Counted from the stretch's first letter, positions 9,456 to 19,098 are shown. The stretch is 64,000 bases of DNA from an uncultured Alphaproteobacteria bacterium (GCA_902590695.1 CACIXR010000001.1:56335-120334); one strand, 5' to 3'. The notes: a model not told the origin generated them from the letters alone. Numbers and translations: made by a program.

Positions 9456-10609
9456 TGTTTGGCAATATTAATAACTGTCATAATGTTAAAGACTTTAGAA
9501 ACTTAGCAAAAAAAAGACTACCCAGTCCAATATTCCATTACATTGATGGCGCTGCTGATGATGAGATAACTTATAAAAGAAATACTGATGCTTATGAGCA
9601 GTGTGATTTAATTCCCAATGTTTTAAGTGGTGTTGATAAAGTAGATATGTCGACCACAGTAATGGGCCAAAAATTAGATATGCCTTTGTATTGTGCACCA
9701 ACTGCTCTTCAAAGATTGTTTCATCATGAAGGTGAAATTGGAGTTGCAAAAGCTGCAGAAAAATTTGGAACAATGTTTGGAATTTCATCTTTGGGGACAG
9801 CTAGTATTGAAGAAATATCAAATTTAGTCAAAACACCTAAATTATTTCAACTCTACGTTCATAAAGATAAAGGGTTAAATAAAGCTCTAATTGAAAGGTG
9901 CAAGGAATCAAATTTTGAAGCAATGGCTGTAACAGTAGATACTGCAGTTGGTGGTAATCGTGAAAGAGATTTGTATACTGGTTTTACTATTCCTATGAAA
10001 CTAAAACTCAATAGTGTTGCAAGTTTTATGCTTCACCCAAAATGGGCAATAGATTATTTTACAAAACCAAAATGGGAATTAAGTAATCTAAAGGATCACA
10101 TTAATGAGGGCACAACAGTAATGACAACCATAGGAGATTACTTCACTAAAATGCTTGACAATTCTATGAGTTGGAAAGATGTGGAAAATATTAATAAAGA
10201 GTGGGGTCGTCAATTTGCCATTAAAGGTGTGATGTCTGTAGACGATGCAAAAAAAGCTGTAGATGTAGGCGCTTCAGCCATAATGGTTTCAAATCATGGA
10301 GGGAGACAATTAGATGGTTCAAGGTCACCATTTGATCAACTGGCTGAAATTGTTGATGCTGTCGGAGATAAAATAGATGTAATCTGTGAAGGAGGCATTA
10401 GAAGAGGCACACATGTTTTAAAGGCATTATCACTTGGTGCAAAAGCCTGTTCTGGTGGAAGAATGTATTTATACGCTTTAGCTGCTGGAGGACAAAAAGG
10501 GGTTGAAAAAAGCTTGTCTAATCTACGTAATGAAATTGAAAGAGATATGAAATTAATGGGAGTTTCTAACGTAAAAGAACTCACAAGAAAAAATCTAAAA
10601 TTCAGATAA
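9455..10609 (+). CDS. FMN-dependent alpha-hydroxy acid dehydrogenase (L-lactate dehydrogenase-like)
   Basis: 'SNHGGRQLD' and a TIM-barrel FMN-binding layout, 384 aa. The start overlaps the FAH stop (TAATG). Confidence 0.85.
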   Translation: MFGNINNCHNVKDFRNLAKKRLPSPIFHYIDGAADDEITYKRNTDAYEQCDLIPNVLSGVDKVDMSTTVMGQKLDMPLYCAPTALQRLFHHEGEIGVAKAAEKFGTMFGISSLGTASIEEISNLVKTPKLFQLYVHKDKGLNKALIERCKESNFEAMAVTVDTAVGGNRERDLYTGFTIPMKLKLNSVASFMLHPKWAIDYFTKPKWELSNLKDHINEGTTVMTTIGDYFTKMLDNSMSWKDVENINKEWGRQFAIKGVMSVDDAKKAVDVGASAIMVSNHGGRQLDGSRSPFDQLAEIVDAVGDKIDVICEGGIRRGTHVLKALSLGAKACSGGRMYLYALAAGGQKGVEKSLSNLRNEIERDMKLMGVSNVKELTRKNLKFR

Positions 10610-10669
10610 ATTAACAATTTTATAAAAAAAAATATTTATTCTAACTTAATTTTATTTTACAATTTTTTT

Positions 10670-10990
10670 ATGAATGATGAAATAGAGCCAATCTTAATAG
10701 GTGAAGTTGACGATATTGATGTTGGTTCGGTTGAAAATTTTGAATACGAGGATGTAAATTATGCAATTTATAGACTTGAGTCTGGCTTTTTTGCAACTGA
10801 AGGAAATTGCCCTTGTGCAGAAAAGACTTTATTAAGTGAATCTAGTATTGAAGGTGAAGAACTAGAGTGTCCAACATGTGGAAATAAATTTAGTATTGTA
10901 TCCGGAGACTCTATCTCTGATTTAGAACAAACCCCATTAAAAATATTTGATGTTACAGTAGAAGACGGAAATCTTTACCTTAATATCTAA
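10670..10990 (+). CDS. Rieske-fold-like small protein with an all-Cys ligand set
   Basis: 106 aa. C47-P-C49-(17 aa)-C67-P-T-C70 has exactly the Rieske CxH-x17-CxxH spacing but with both His replaced by Cys. The flanking 'YAIYRL...GFFAT' and 'PLKIFDVTVEDGNLYLNI' resemble Rieske ferredoxin beta strands. Confidence 0.5.
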   Translation: MNDEIEPILIGEVDDIDVGSVENFEYEDVNYAIYRLESGFFATEGNCPCAEKTLLSESSIEGEELECPTCGNKFSIVSGDSISDLEQTPLKIFDVTVEDGNLYLNI

Positions 10991-11952
10991 TCAAAAATAT
11001 TAAGATTTATAATATTACTTTTATTTAATTTTTTACTTTTTGTTAAAAAATCAAAAACATTTTCACACGATTCCACTGACATTCTTTTTCTACATTCTAA
11101 AGTTAAAGCAGCGTTATGAGGAGTTAATAAAATATTATTTAAAGAAAAAAGTTTATGATTTTCTATAGGTGGTTCTTTTTCAAATACATCAACACCAGCA
11201 CCAAAAATTTTTTCATTTTTTAAAGCTTCATATAAAGCGTTTTCATTAATTATACCTCCTCTTGCCGTATTAATTAAAATCAAATTTGATTTAAAGGCTT
11301 CAAATTGATCAAAAGAAATTAAATTTTTTGTTTCTTCATTTAAAGGTAAATGGATACTTATATAATCAGCAATTTTAAAGCCTTCGTCTTTATTGATTGG
11401 AATACAGTTAAGATTTTTTATTTCTTTATCCGAAAGAAAAGGATCATGTACATAAACTTTCATTTCAAACCCACTACATCTTTTTGCTAAAGCTTTTCCT
11501 ATTCGGCCAAAACCAAGAATTAAAATTTTTTTATTATAGAGTTCAAAGTAGTTGGGAAGATTACCTTTTTCTTTAAATTTACCTAATTTCACCAATTTAT
11601 CTGATTCAAAAATATTCTTTGTCAAACAAAGCATCATAGTCATTACATGTTCAGCTACACTCGTTGCATTTGCTGTCCCAGTAATGGCCATAGCTATTTT
11701 ATTATTAATTAAATATTCAGTATCTACATTGTCATAGCCAACACCATGTCTTGCAACAATTTTTAGGTTCTTTGTTTGAGAGAGTATATTTTTATTTATT
11801 TCTGCCGTTCTTACAACAATTCCATCCACATCTCGTAATTTTTCAATTAGGTGATCTTCATCAATATTATTAGTAACAAAATATTCAATATTATTTTTAT
11901 CAAATATCTCATATCCACTTGGATGAATTTCACCAACAATCCCAACTTTCAT
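10987..11952 (-). CDS. D-isomer-specific 2-hydroxyacid dehydrogenase (PGDH/glyoxylate reductase-like)
   Basis: NAD motif GFGRIGKALAK, with catalytic-region motifs NTARGGIINE and LLTPHNAA. Confidence 0.85.
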   Translation of the reverse strand: MKVGIVGEIHPSGYEIFDKNNIEYFVTNNIDEDHLIEKLRDVDGIVVRTAEINKNILSQTKNLKIVARHGVGYDNVDTEYLINNKIAMAITGTANATSVAEHVMTMMLCLTKNIFESDKLVKLGKFKEKGNLPNYFELYNKKILILGFGRIGKALAKRCSGFEMKVYVHDPFLSDKEIKNLNCIPINKDEGFKIADYISIHLPLNEETKNLISFDQFEAFKSNLILINTARGGIINENALYEALKNEKIFGAGVDVFEKEPPIENHKLFSLNNILLTPHNAALTLECRKRMSVESCENVFDFLTKSKKLNKSNIINLNIFD

Positions 11953-12052
11953 GATTAATTTTATATTCTAAAATATTAGAAAAATAAATTGTTTAACTCT
12001 TTAAATTATTTTTTTAATATAATAGTATCTATTTTATTTGGGAAAGGAACAT

Positions 12053-13897
12053 ATGAAAGCAGTTAGAATGTCATGTTCACATGCATTAATTAAGTACTTA
12101 ACTATGCAAAAAATTTTAATTAATGGAAAAAAAGAAGCACTATTTCCAGGTGCTTTCGGCATTTATGGCCATGGCAATGTTGCTTGTATTGGACAAGCTA
12201 TGGAAGAATATCAAAATGAACTTCCTGGATACAGAGGTCATCATGAACAAAATATGGCACTAACAGGCATTGCATATGCTCGTGCCAAAAGAAGACAACA
12301 AATATTTGTTGCAACTTCATCTGTTGGACCTGGCTCAACTAATATGGTTACAGCTGCTGCAGTTGCTTTAAGTAATAGACTTCCAATTTTACTTTTACCA
12401 GGTGATACATTTTCTAGTCGTTTTCCAGATCCTGTTTTACAACAAGTAGAACATTTTAATTCTCCTTCAGAAACTCAAAATGATTCATTTAAATCTGTAT
12501 CAAGATATTTTGATCGAATTACCAGACCTGAACAAATTTTAACATCTTTACCTCAAGCAATTAATGTAATGCTTGATCCTGCAGACTGTGGCCCAGCTGT
12601 AATTTCTATGTCTCAAGATGTTCAAGGAGAAGCCTATGATTATCCTGAAATCTTTTTTGAAGAAAAAATTCATGAAATTAGAAGAATTCATCCTGATCCA
12701 AATCAAATACAAAAGGCAGCCGATAAATTAAAACAATCTAAACAACCAATTATTATTTCAGGTGGAGGCGTTTTATATTCAGAAGCAGAAGAGGAAATTT
12801 CTGCTTTTGCAAAAAAACATAATATTCCTGTAACAGCAACTGTGATGGGTATTGGTTGTATGAATAAAGATGATCCCTATTATATTAGTGCAATTGGATG
12901 CTTAGGAGAAGGCTCATCAAATAACCTTGCTACTGATACAGATTTAGCTCTAGCTGTGGGAACAAAATTAGGAGACTTTACAACTGGTTCTTGGACTAAT
13001 TTTGAAAATGAAAATTTTCAACTTGTATCAATAAATACTTCACGATTTGACACTACAAAACATCGCGCTACTCCTGTTGTAAGCGATGCAAAAATTGGAC
13101 TTCAAAAATTATCAAAGGCATTAGGAGATTGGAAAGCACCAGATAATTGGTACCAGCGTTCAATTGAGGAAAGAAATAAATGGGACGAATATGTTGCCAA
13201 AGAAAGTGGACCAACAAATCAAGAATTACCATCCTATGCTCATGCTGTAGGTGCAGTCTATAGAAACTCAGACCCATCAGACATTGTAGTCACTGCAGCT
13301 GGAGGGTTAGTTGGCGAAGTGGTTCAAATATGGAAACCTAAAGAACTAAATACTTTTGAAACTGAATGGGGATTTAGTTGCATGAGTTATGAAATATCAG
13401 GCGCACTTGGAATCAAAATGGCAAAACCCGATCAAGATGTAATTGTATTTGTAGGTGATGGTTCATACCTCCTACAAAATAGCGACATCTACAGTTCAGT
13501 TTTATATGATAAAAAATTAATCATAGTTATTTGTGATAATGGTGGTCACATGGTTATTAATAGACTGCAACTAGCAAAAGGTGGAAATGAATATCTTTGC
13601 AATCTCAATGCAGCAAGAGCGACAAATGTTCAGTTTGTAGATTTTGAAGCTCACGCAAAAAGTATGGGGGCAAATGGTGAGACTGTTAAATCTATTACAG
13701 AGTTAGAGGCCGCTTTTAAAAGAGCAAAAGAATCAGACAAAACATACGTAATTTCTATTAAAACAGATGGATATGAATGGCTAGAAGGAACTGCTTTTTG
13801 GGAAAGCCCAACACTTGAGGTGGATAATACCGAAGGCAAGAAATCAGCTCTTAACGAATTTTTAGAAGGAAAAAATAAACAACGTAAGGGCGTATAA
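12053..13897 (+). CDS. iolD: 3D-(3,5/4)-trihydroxycyclohexane-1,2-dione acylhydrolase (thiamine-diphosphate enzyme)
   Basis: Collinear with IolD as I recall it: 'HALIKYL...GIYGHGNV..IGQA', 'FPDPVLQQVEH', 'SRYFDRITRPEQ', 'SQDVQGEAYDYP', and the TPP motif 'GDGSYLLQNSD...DNGG'. Start moved to ATG 12053, preceded by AAAGGAA. Confidence 0.82.
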   Translation: MKAVRMSCSHALIKYLTMQKILINGKKEALFPGAFGIYGHGNVACIGQAMEEYQNELPGYRGHHEQNMALTGIAYARAKRRQQIFVATSSVGPGSTNMVTAAAVALSNRLPILLLPGDTFSSRFPDPVLQQVEHFNSPSETQNDSFKSVSRYFDRITRPEQILTSLPQAINVMLDPADCGPAVISMSQDVQGEAYDYPEIFFEEKIHEIRRIHPDPNQIQKAADKLKQSKQPIIISGGGVLYSEAEEEISAFAKKHNIPVTATVMGIGCMNKDDPYYISAIGCLGEGSSNNLATDTDLALAVGTKLGDFTTGSWTNFENENFQLVSINTSRFDTTKHRATPVVSDAKIGLQKLSKALGDWKAPDNWYQRSIEERNKWDEYVAKESGPTNQELPSYAHAVGAVYRNSDPSDIVVTAAGGLVGEVVQIWKPKELNTFETEWGFSCMSYEISGALGIKMAKPDQDVIVFVGDGSYLLQNSDIYSSVLYDKKLIIVICDNGGHMVINRLQLAKGGNEYLCNLNAARATNVQFVDFEAHAKSMGANGETVKSITELEAAFKRAKESDKTYVISIKTDGYEWLEGTAFWESPTLEVDNTEGKKSALNEFLEGKNKQRKGV

Positions 13898-13931
13898 AAA
13901 TAAATCTCTTTTTCTAAAATTTAAAAATTGT

Positions 13932-14960
13932 ATGAGTCAAAACAAGCCTATAATTTTATTAGATCCATATCCAAGAACAATGGATCTACTTTTTTCTAAA
14001 GAAAATTTAAAATACTTAAAAAAAAATTTTAAACTCATTACTGCTCCAAATAAAAATAAAAATAATTTTTATGAAAAAAATTTACCAAAGGCAGATTATA
14101 TCTTTGGACAACCCAATTTACCTTCATCCTTAATTTCAAAATCCACAAAACTTAAAGCAATATTTAATGTAGAGAGCAATTTTATGGATAATATGGATTA
14201 CGATTATTGTTTTAGAAAAGGAATACATGTTTTAGCAACATCGCCTGTGTTTGCTCAACCTGTTGCTGAAATGGCAATGGGTCTTACTTTATCTATAGCT
14301 AGAAGTATTCATATTGCTCATTCAGACTTTATTTCAAAAAAAGAAAAATATGGTGGCGCAATAAGTCAGAATAATTTTTTAATAAAAAATAAAACATTTG
14401 GTTTAATTGGATTTGGTGATTTAGCTAAATCACTTACTCCTATACTCAAAGCATTCTCTAATAAAATTATTGCCTATGATCCTTGGATTCCCAATAAAGA
14501 AATTGAAAAATTTGATGTTAAGCCTACTAGTTTAAATTCGTTACTCAAAAATGCTGACATCATTTATATATTAGCTTCCATTACTTCCTCTAATGAAGCT
14601 ATGATTAATACTTCTAAACTTAAATTAATAAAAGATGGATCAGTGTTTGTCTTAATGAGTAGAGCGGCCATAATAAATTTTGATGATTTTTTTAATTTTT
14701 TAAAAAATAGAAATGTGTTTGCTGCCATTGATGTTTTTCCACAAGAGCCATTTCCTAAAAATCATAAATTAAGAAAACTCAAAAATGTAATTTTTTCTCC
14801 ACACAGAGCCGGCGCATTAGACAGCGCATTTAAAGAGATGGGTGAATTAGTAATTCAAGATTTAAAACTTATTTCAAAAGGCCTGCCTCCTAAATTATGC
14901 AAAAAACCTGAAAGAGAAACTGTTAAATATTTACGCTCAAAACCAGTTGATATTAATTAA
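13932..14960 (+). CDS. D-isomer-specific 2-hydroxyacid dehydrogenase family protein
   Basis: NAD motif GLIGFGDLAKSL, with MSRAAIIN and FSPHRAG catalytic-region motifs. Confidence 0.75.
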   Translation: MSQNKPIILLDPYPRTMDLLFSKENLKYLKKNFKLITAPNKNKNNFYEKNLPKADYIFGQPNLPSSLISKSTKLKAIFNVESNFMDNMDYDYCFRKGIHVLATSPVFAQPVAEMAMGLTLSIARSIHIAHSDFISKKEKYGGAISQNNFLIKNKTFGLIGFGDLAKSLTPILKAFSNKIIAYDPWIPNKEIEKFDVKPTSLNSLLKNADIIYILASITSSNEAMINTSKLKLIKDGSVFVLMSRAAIINFDDFFNFLKNRNVFAAIDVFPQEPFPKNHKLRKLKNVIFSPHRAGALDSAFKEMGELVIQDLKLISKGLPPKLCKKPERETVKYLRSKPVDIN

Positions 14961-14981
14961 AATTTATTTAAAAACACACTT

Positions 14982-15728
14982 ATGTCAGATAACTTAGTAC
15001 TGGAAGCTAAATCAGTTTCAAAATTTTTTGGTACTATTACAGCTCTTCAAAATGTAGATCTGCATTTAAATAAAGGTGAGGTTCTTGGTGTCGTCGGTGA
15101 TAACGGTGCTGGAAAGTCTACATTAATGAAAGTTTTATCAGGATTATATAAGCCAAGTGAAGGATCTCTTTTTTTTGATAAAGAAAAAGTAACTTTAAAT
15201 AGTCCCAGAGACTCTCAAAATTTGGGCTTAGAAATGGTCTATCAAGATTTAGCACTAGCTGGGAATCTCCCTATTGGTGATAATATTTTTTTAGGAAGAG
15301 AGCCAACAAGAAAAGTTGGCCCTTTCAATTTTTTAGATCATAAAAAAAGAAAACAGTTAACTGAAGAGCATCTTGCAAAACTAAAAATTAACGTAAAGAG
15401 TGCTGATCAAAAGGTTGAAGAATTATCAGGTGGACAAAGACAAGCTGTTGCAATTGCTAGAGCTACAGCTTTTAATGCAAAAATTGTATTGATGGATGAA
15501 CCAACAGCCGCACTTGCTGTTAAGGAAGTGGGGAAAGTTTTAGATTTAATTCTAAATCTTAAAAAGTTAGGTGTTAGTGTAATAGTAATTAGCCATCGAA
15601 TGGATGATATTTTTACTGTTTGTGATCGAGTCATGGCACTTTTTCAAGGAACAAACTTTGCTGAGTCAGAATTAAAAAATACTTCAAGAGACGAAGTGAT
15701 TGGATGGATCATGGGGAAAAAAGATTAA
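14982..15728 (+). CDS. sugar ABC transporter ATP-binding protein (single nucleotide-binding domain)
   Basis: Walker A GDNGAGKST, signature LSGGQRQ, Walker B VLMDEPT. Confidence 0.9.
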   Translation: MSDNLVLEAKSVSKFFGTITALQNVDLHLNKGEVLGVVGDNGAGKSTLMKVLSGLYKPSEGSLFFDKEKVTLNSPRDSQNLGLEMVYQDLALAGNLPIGDNIFLGREPTRKVGPFNFLDHKKRKQLTEEHLAKLKINVKSADQKVEELSGGQRQAVAIARATAFNAKIVLMDEPTAALAVKEVGKVLDLILNLKKLGVSVIVISHRMDDIFTVCDRVMALFQGTNFAESELKNTSRDEVIGWIMGKKD

Positions 15729-16735
15729 TGGATAAGAATCAAGAATCTTTATTTGTTAGACTTATTCCTTTTTTTGAAAGATATGGGATCTTATTACTGA
15801 TCCTAATAATGATTGCTGTCCTGCATTTGTTGCAACCTGATGTTTTTTTATCATGGAGAAATGTAACAAACATTTTTAAACAAGTTTCTTGGCAGTCTAT
15901 GTTAGCACTTGGTGTTTTTATGGTCATTGTGACTGCAGGTATAGATCTATCAGTTGGTTCAATTATTATGTTATCATTAATGGGACTCGCTATTGCTTCG
16001 AAGGCAGGCATGCCGTGGTACGTCGTCATGTTAGTTGCGCCAGCAATTGGATTTTTGTGTGGCATGTTTAATGGTATTGGAATTACCTTACTTCGAATGC
16101 CTCATCCATTCATAATGACACTAGGGACGCTTTATATATTTAGAGGTATTGGAAATCTTATATCCGGAGGTGTTCCAATAACAGGTTTTGCTGAACAGAT
16201 TAGAGTTATAGGAAATGGTAAAATTAAACTGGATGTAATTTTTGGAGAAGGCGCAAGAGAGTACATACCCACAAGTTTAATTTTAATGATTGTAATATTT
16301 TTTATTTTTTGGATATTTTTAAATCATACACGAATAGGTAAATGGATTTATGCGATTGGAGGTAACCCAGGAGCAGCAAGGGCAGCAGGTATTAACGTTG
16401 ATCGAATTTTGATCGTAGTTTACACGCTTTGTGGTTTCTTGGCGGGCATCGGAGGTTTAATTTTAGCTGGAAGAACGAATTCTGCTTATCCAAATGCTGG
16501 TTTACAATCTGAGCTAGATGCGATTGCAGCAGTAATTATAGGTGGAGCAAGCTTCTTTGGGGGAAGAGGAACCGTTTTAGGTGTATTCGCTGGAGTCATG
16601 ATTATGGGTATACTCCGAAATGGTCTAAATTTAATGAATGTCAGTGTTTTCTGGCAACAAGTTCTTATTGGGTCAATTATTATTTTGGCTGTTTATATCG
16701 ATGTTCTAAGAAGACAACTTGCAACCAGAACATAA
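15728..16735 (+). CDS. sugar ABC transporter permease (RbsC/AraH-type)
   Basis: Polytopic membrane protein with 'GIDLSVGS' and 'IGGNPGAARAAGINV' motifs of CUT2 permeases. Start set at ATG 15728, overlapping the ATPase stop (TAATG). Confidence 0.88.
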   Translation: MDKNQESLFVRLIPFFERYGILLLILIMIAVLHLLQPDVFLSWRNVTNIFKQVSWQSMLALGVFMVIVTAGIDLSVGSIIMLSLMGLAIASKAGMPWYVVMLVAPAIGFLCGMFNGIGITLLRMPHPFIMTLGTLYIFRGIGNLISGGVPITGFAEQIRVIGNGKIKLDVIFGEGAREYIPTSLILMIVIFFIFWIFLNHTRIGKWIYAIGGNPGAARAAGINVDRILIVVYTLCGFLAGIGGLILAGRTNSAYPNAGLQSELDAIAAVIIGGASFFGGRGTVLGVFAGVMIMGILRNGLNLMNVSVFWQQVLIGSIIILAVYIDVLRRQLATRT

Positions 16736-16824
16736 TATTAAAAAATAATCACTTTCTGACAAACAGTCACTTGATTAGAATTTCATTTTTCATTAATAGT
16801 TAAAAAAAAATTTTAGGAGGAAAG

Positions 16825-17742
16825 ATGAAATTTTTTATTTCTATAATTACTACTTCTTTATTGTTTTTTTCAGGTAGTCTTCTTGCAGGATCGCATGCTA
16901 AAACAATAATGCTAAGTACCAAAGGACCAGGTGCTGGAAATCCATTTTGGGCTTCAGTTGAAGCTGGTGCAAAAGATGCTGCTGAGGAATTAGGTGTAAA
17001 CCTAATTATCCTTTCACCACCGCAAGAGAGTGATGTTATGGCTCAGGTAGCGCAAATTGAAGACCAAATTGCTAAAGGTGTAGACGGTATTGCGATTGCA
17101 CCAACTGACCCTAACGCAGTTGCTCCAATTCTTGATGATGCAATGGCTTCAGGTGTTCCAGTTGTATACATTGATACTAATGGAATTAATGAAGGTGTAA
17201 CTTTCATTGGAACTAATAATATCAATGGTGCTGCTTTAGCTGCTCAATACATTTGTGATAATGTTCCAAGTGGTTCTGATGTTGCAATTCTTCAAGGAAT
17301 GATAACGCAAACTACTGGTCAACACAGAGCGGAAGGATCTCACAAAGGTCTTGAAGCATGTGGCATGAACATTGTTGCTGAACTTCCAGCTAACTGGGAT
17401 ACTGCACAAGGTATGTCAGTAACAGAAGATATCATCACTGGTAACCCAAATCTAAAAGCAATCTTTGCTTCTAATGACAATATGGGTCTAGGTGCTATTC
17501 AAGCATTAAAAAATGCTGATATGCTAGATGACGTTGTCGTTGTTGGATTTGATGCTAACCCTGATGCTGCTGCAAGTGTAATGGCTGGTGAAATGTCAGC
17601 TACTATTGCTCAATTCTCATACAACATGGGATACATGGGTGTAGAAAATGCACTTAAATTAGCTAATGGTGAAAGTATTCCAGATAACATTGATACTGGA
17701 ACTGTATTAGTTACTAAAGAAAACGCTGCAGACTTTATGTAA
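16825..17742 (+). CDS. periplasmic sugar-binding protein (RbsB-like, type I PBP)
   Basis: Sec signal peptide MKFFISIITTSLLFFSGSLLAGSHA, strong AGGAGG RBS, Ala/Gly/Asp-rich PBP sequence, hairpin terminator downstream. Confidence 0.9.
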   Translation: MKFFISIITTSLLFFSGSLLAGSHAKTIMLSTKGPGAGNPFWASVEAGAKDAAEELGVNLIILSPPQESDVMAQVAQIEDQIAKGVDGIAIAPTDPNAVAPILDDAMASGVPVVYIDTNGINEGVTFIGTNNINGAALAAQYICDNVPSGSDVAILQGMITQTTGQHRAEGSHKGLEACGMNIVAELPANWDTAQGMSVTEDIITGNPNLKAIFASNDNMGLGAIQALKNADMLDDVVVVGFDANPDAAASVMAGEMSATIAQFSYNMGYMGVENALKLANGESIPDNIDTGTVLVTKENAADFM

Positions 17743-17767
17743 GTCAAAGCTAAAAATTATTTTAAAG

Positions 17768-17795
17768 GGCCGTAATTTTTACGGCCTTTTTTTTT
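17768..17795 (+). terminator. rho-independent terminator
   Basis: GGCCGTA (17768-17774) pairs with TACGGCC (17780-17786), loop ATTTT, followed by nine T (17787-17795). Confidence 0.85.
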
Positions 17796-17834
17796 ACTAT
17801 TCCATTTTTTACAATTGATTTATAGAAACAACTT

Positions 17835-18986
17835 ATGAAAAATATTGGACTGATTGGTTGTGGTAATATTGCAGAGACCTACTTCCGGGCTCAGGAATAT
17901 TTTAATAATATAAATTTTGTTGCTTGTGCTGATATTAATTTAGATGCTGCTAAAAAAACAGCTGATCAATATAATATTATTCCTTTATCAGTTGATGAAA
18001 TATTTAATGACAAGAACGTAGACATCATTCTTAATCTCACAATTCCCCAAGCGCACTATGAAATATCTAAAAGAGCTCTTGAGGCAAATAAACATGTTTA
18101 TTGTGAAAAACCAATGAGTGTTAAGTTTGATGAAGCAAAAGAATTATTAAATTTAGCAAAAAAAAATAGTCTCTACATTGGGAATGCACCAGATACTTTT
18201 TTAGGAGGAGGAGGGCAACTTACACGAAATTTAATTGACAACAATGATATTGGACAAGTTCTAACTGGTAATTTTATATTTGCTTTTCCTGGCGTTCAAG
18301 ATTTTCATCCAAGTCCTGAGTCTTGGTTTCAAGAAGGAGGAGGACCTGTAATAGACATGGGTCCATATTTTTTCACCACCCTTGTTAATCTTCTAGGTCC
18401 TGTAAAAAATATAAGAGGAAGAGGAGCTAAATTTTCTGATAAAAGAGAATACAAAGCTGGTCCAAAAAAAGGAGAAACTTTTAATGTTGAAATTCCAACT
18501 TCTTATATGTTTAATATTGAGTTTCAAAATAAAGCTATCATTCAAGGTTTCATTTCATTTGATGTTTTAAATCATAAACGTAATCATATGGAGCTTTATG
18601 GAACGAAAGGTTCAATAGTAGTGCCTGATCCAAATATGTTTGGTGGTCCAGTTTCCATATCTAGTGAGTTTGGATCTGAATGGAAAGATATTAGCGTAGA
18701 AGATAAACCCCTTGGAAAAACAAATATCGTTAACCATAGTGGAAGAAGTAATGAGGCTCCTGAACAAGCAAACTACAGGGGTATTGGTTTAGCCGAAATG
18801 ATTGACGCTATCGAAAATAATAGAATGCATAGGTGTAATGGAGAACTTGCTCTTCACGTTTTAGATGTAATCGAGTGTGCTATGATTTCTTCAATTTATA
18901 AAGTGGAAGTTGAGCTCCGTTCTTCGTGTGTGAAGCCTGAACCCATGCATGATGATTTCATAAGGCAAATCCTAAAAAAAATGTAA
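17835..18986 (+). CDS. Gfo/Idh/MocA-family NAD(P)-dependent oxidoreductase (inositol/sugar dehydrogenase-like)
   Basis: N-terminal IGCGNIA Rossmann motif and EKP motif (CEKPM). Full-length paralog of 35317-36462. Confidence 0.85.
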   Translation: MKNIGLIGCGNIAETYFRAQEYFNNINFVACADINLDAAKKTADQYNIIPLSVDEIFNDKNVDIILNLTIPQAHYEISKRALEANKHVYCEKPMSVKFDEAKELLNLAKKNSLYIGNAPDTFLGGGGQLTRNLIDNNDIGQVLTGNFIFAFPGVQDFHPSPESWFQEGGGPVIDMGPYFFTTLVNLLGPVKNIRGRGAKFSDKREYKAGPKKGETFNVEIPTSYMFNIEFQNKAIIQGFISFDVLNHKRNHMELYGTKGSIVVPDPNMFGGPVSISSEFGSEWKDISVEDKPLGKTNIVNHSGRSNEAPEQANYRGIGLAEMIDAIENNRMHRCNGELALHVLDVIECAMISSIYKVEVELRSSCVKPEPMHDDFIRQILKKM

Positions 18987-19098
18987 ATTTTGCTTCGCTA
19001 TTGAATTAGTGCGATAATTTTACAACCTAATTCCCAATATTTCTCCTTGTTTTAAATACCCATTCTTGCTAGGAAAATATTATTTATAGGAGGAATGC

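Noticed and set aside
12053-13897. ThDP enzyme as sulfoacetaldehyde acetyltransferase (Xsc), which would fit a sulfur theme
   Set aside because: The N-terminal and central blocks (GIYGHGNV, FPDPVLQQVEH, SRYFDRITRPEQ, SQDVQGEAYDYP) follow IolD as I recall it rather than Xsc or acetolactate synthase. No pta, tauE or sulfite-handling genes are nearby.
16751-16770. Small palindrome TGAC-N5-GTCA upstream of the first binding-protein gene as an operator
   Set aside because: It has only 4-bp arms and no regulator gene is present. Too weak to call.
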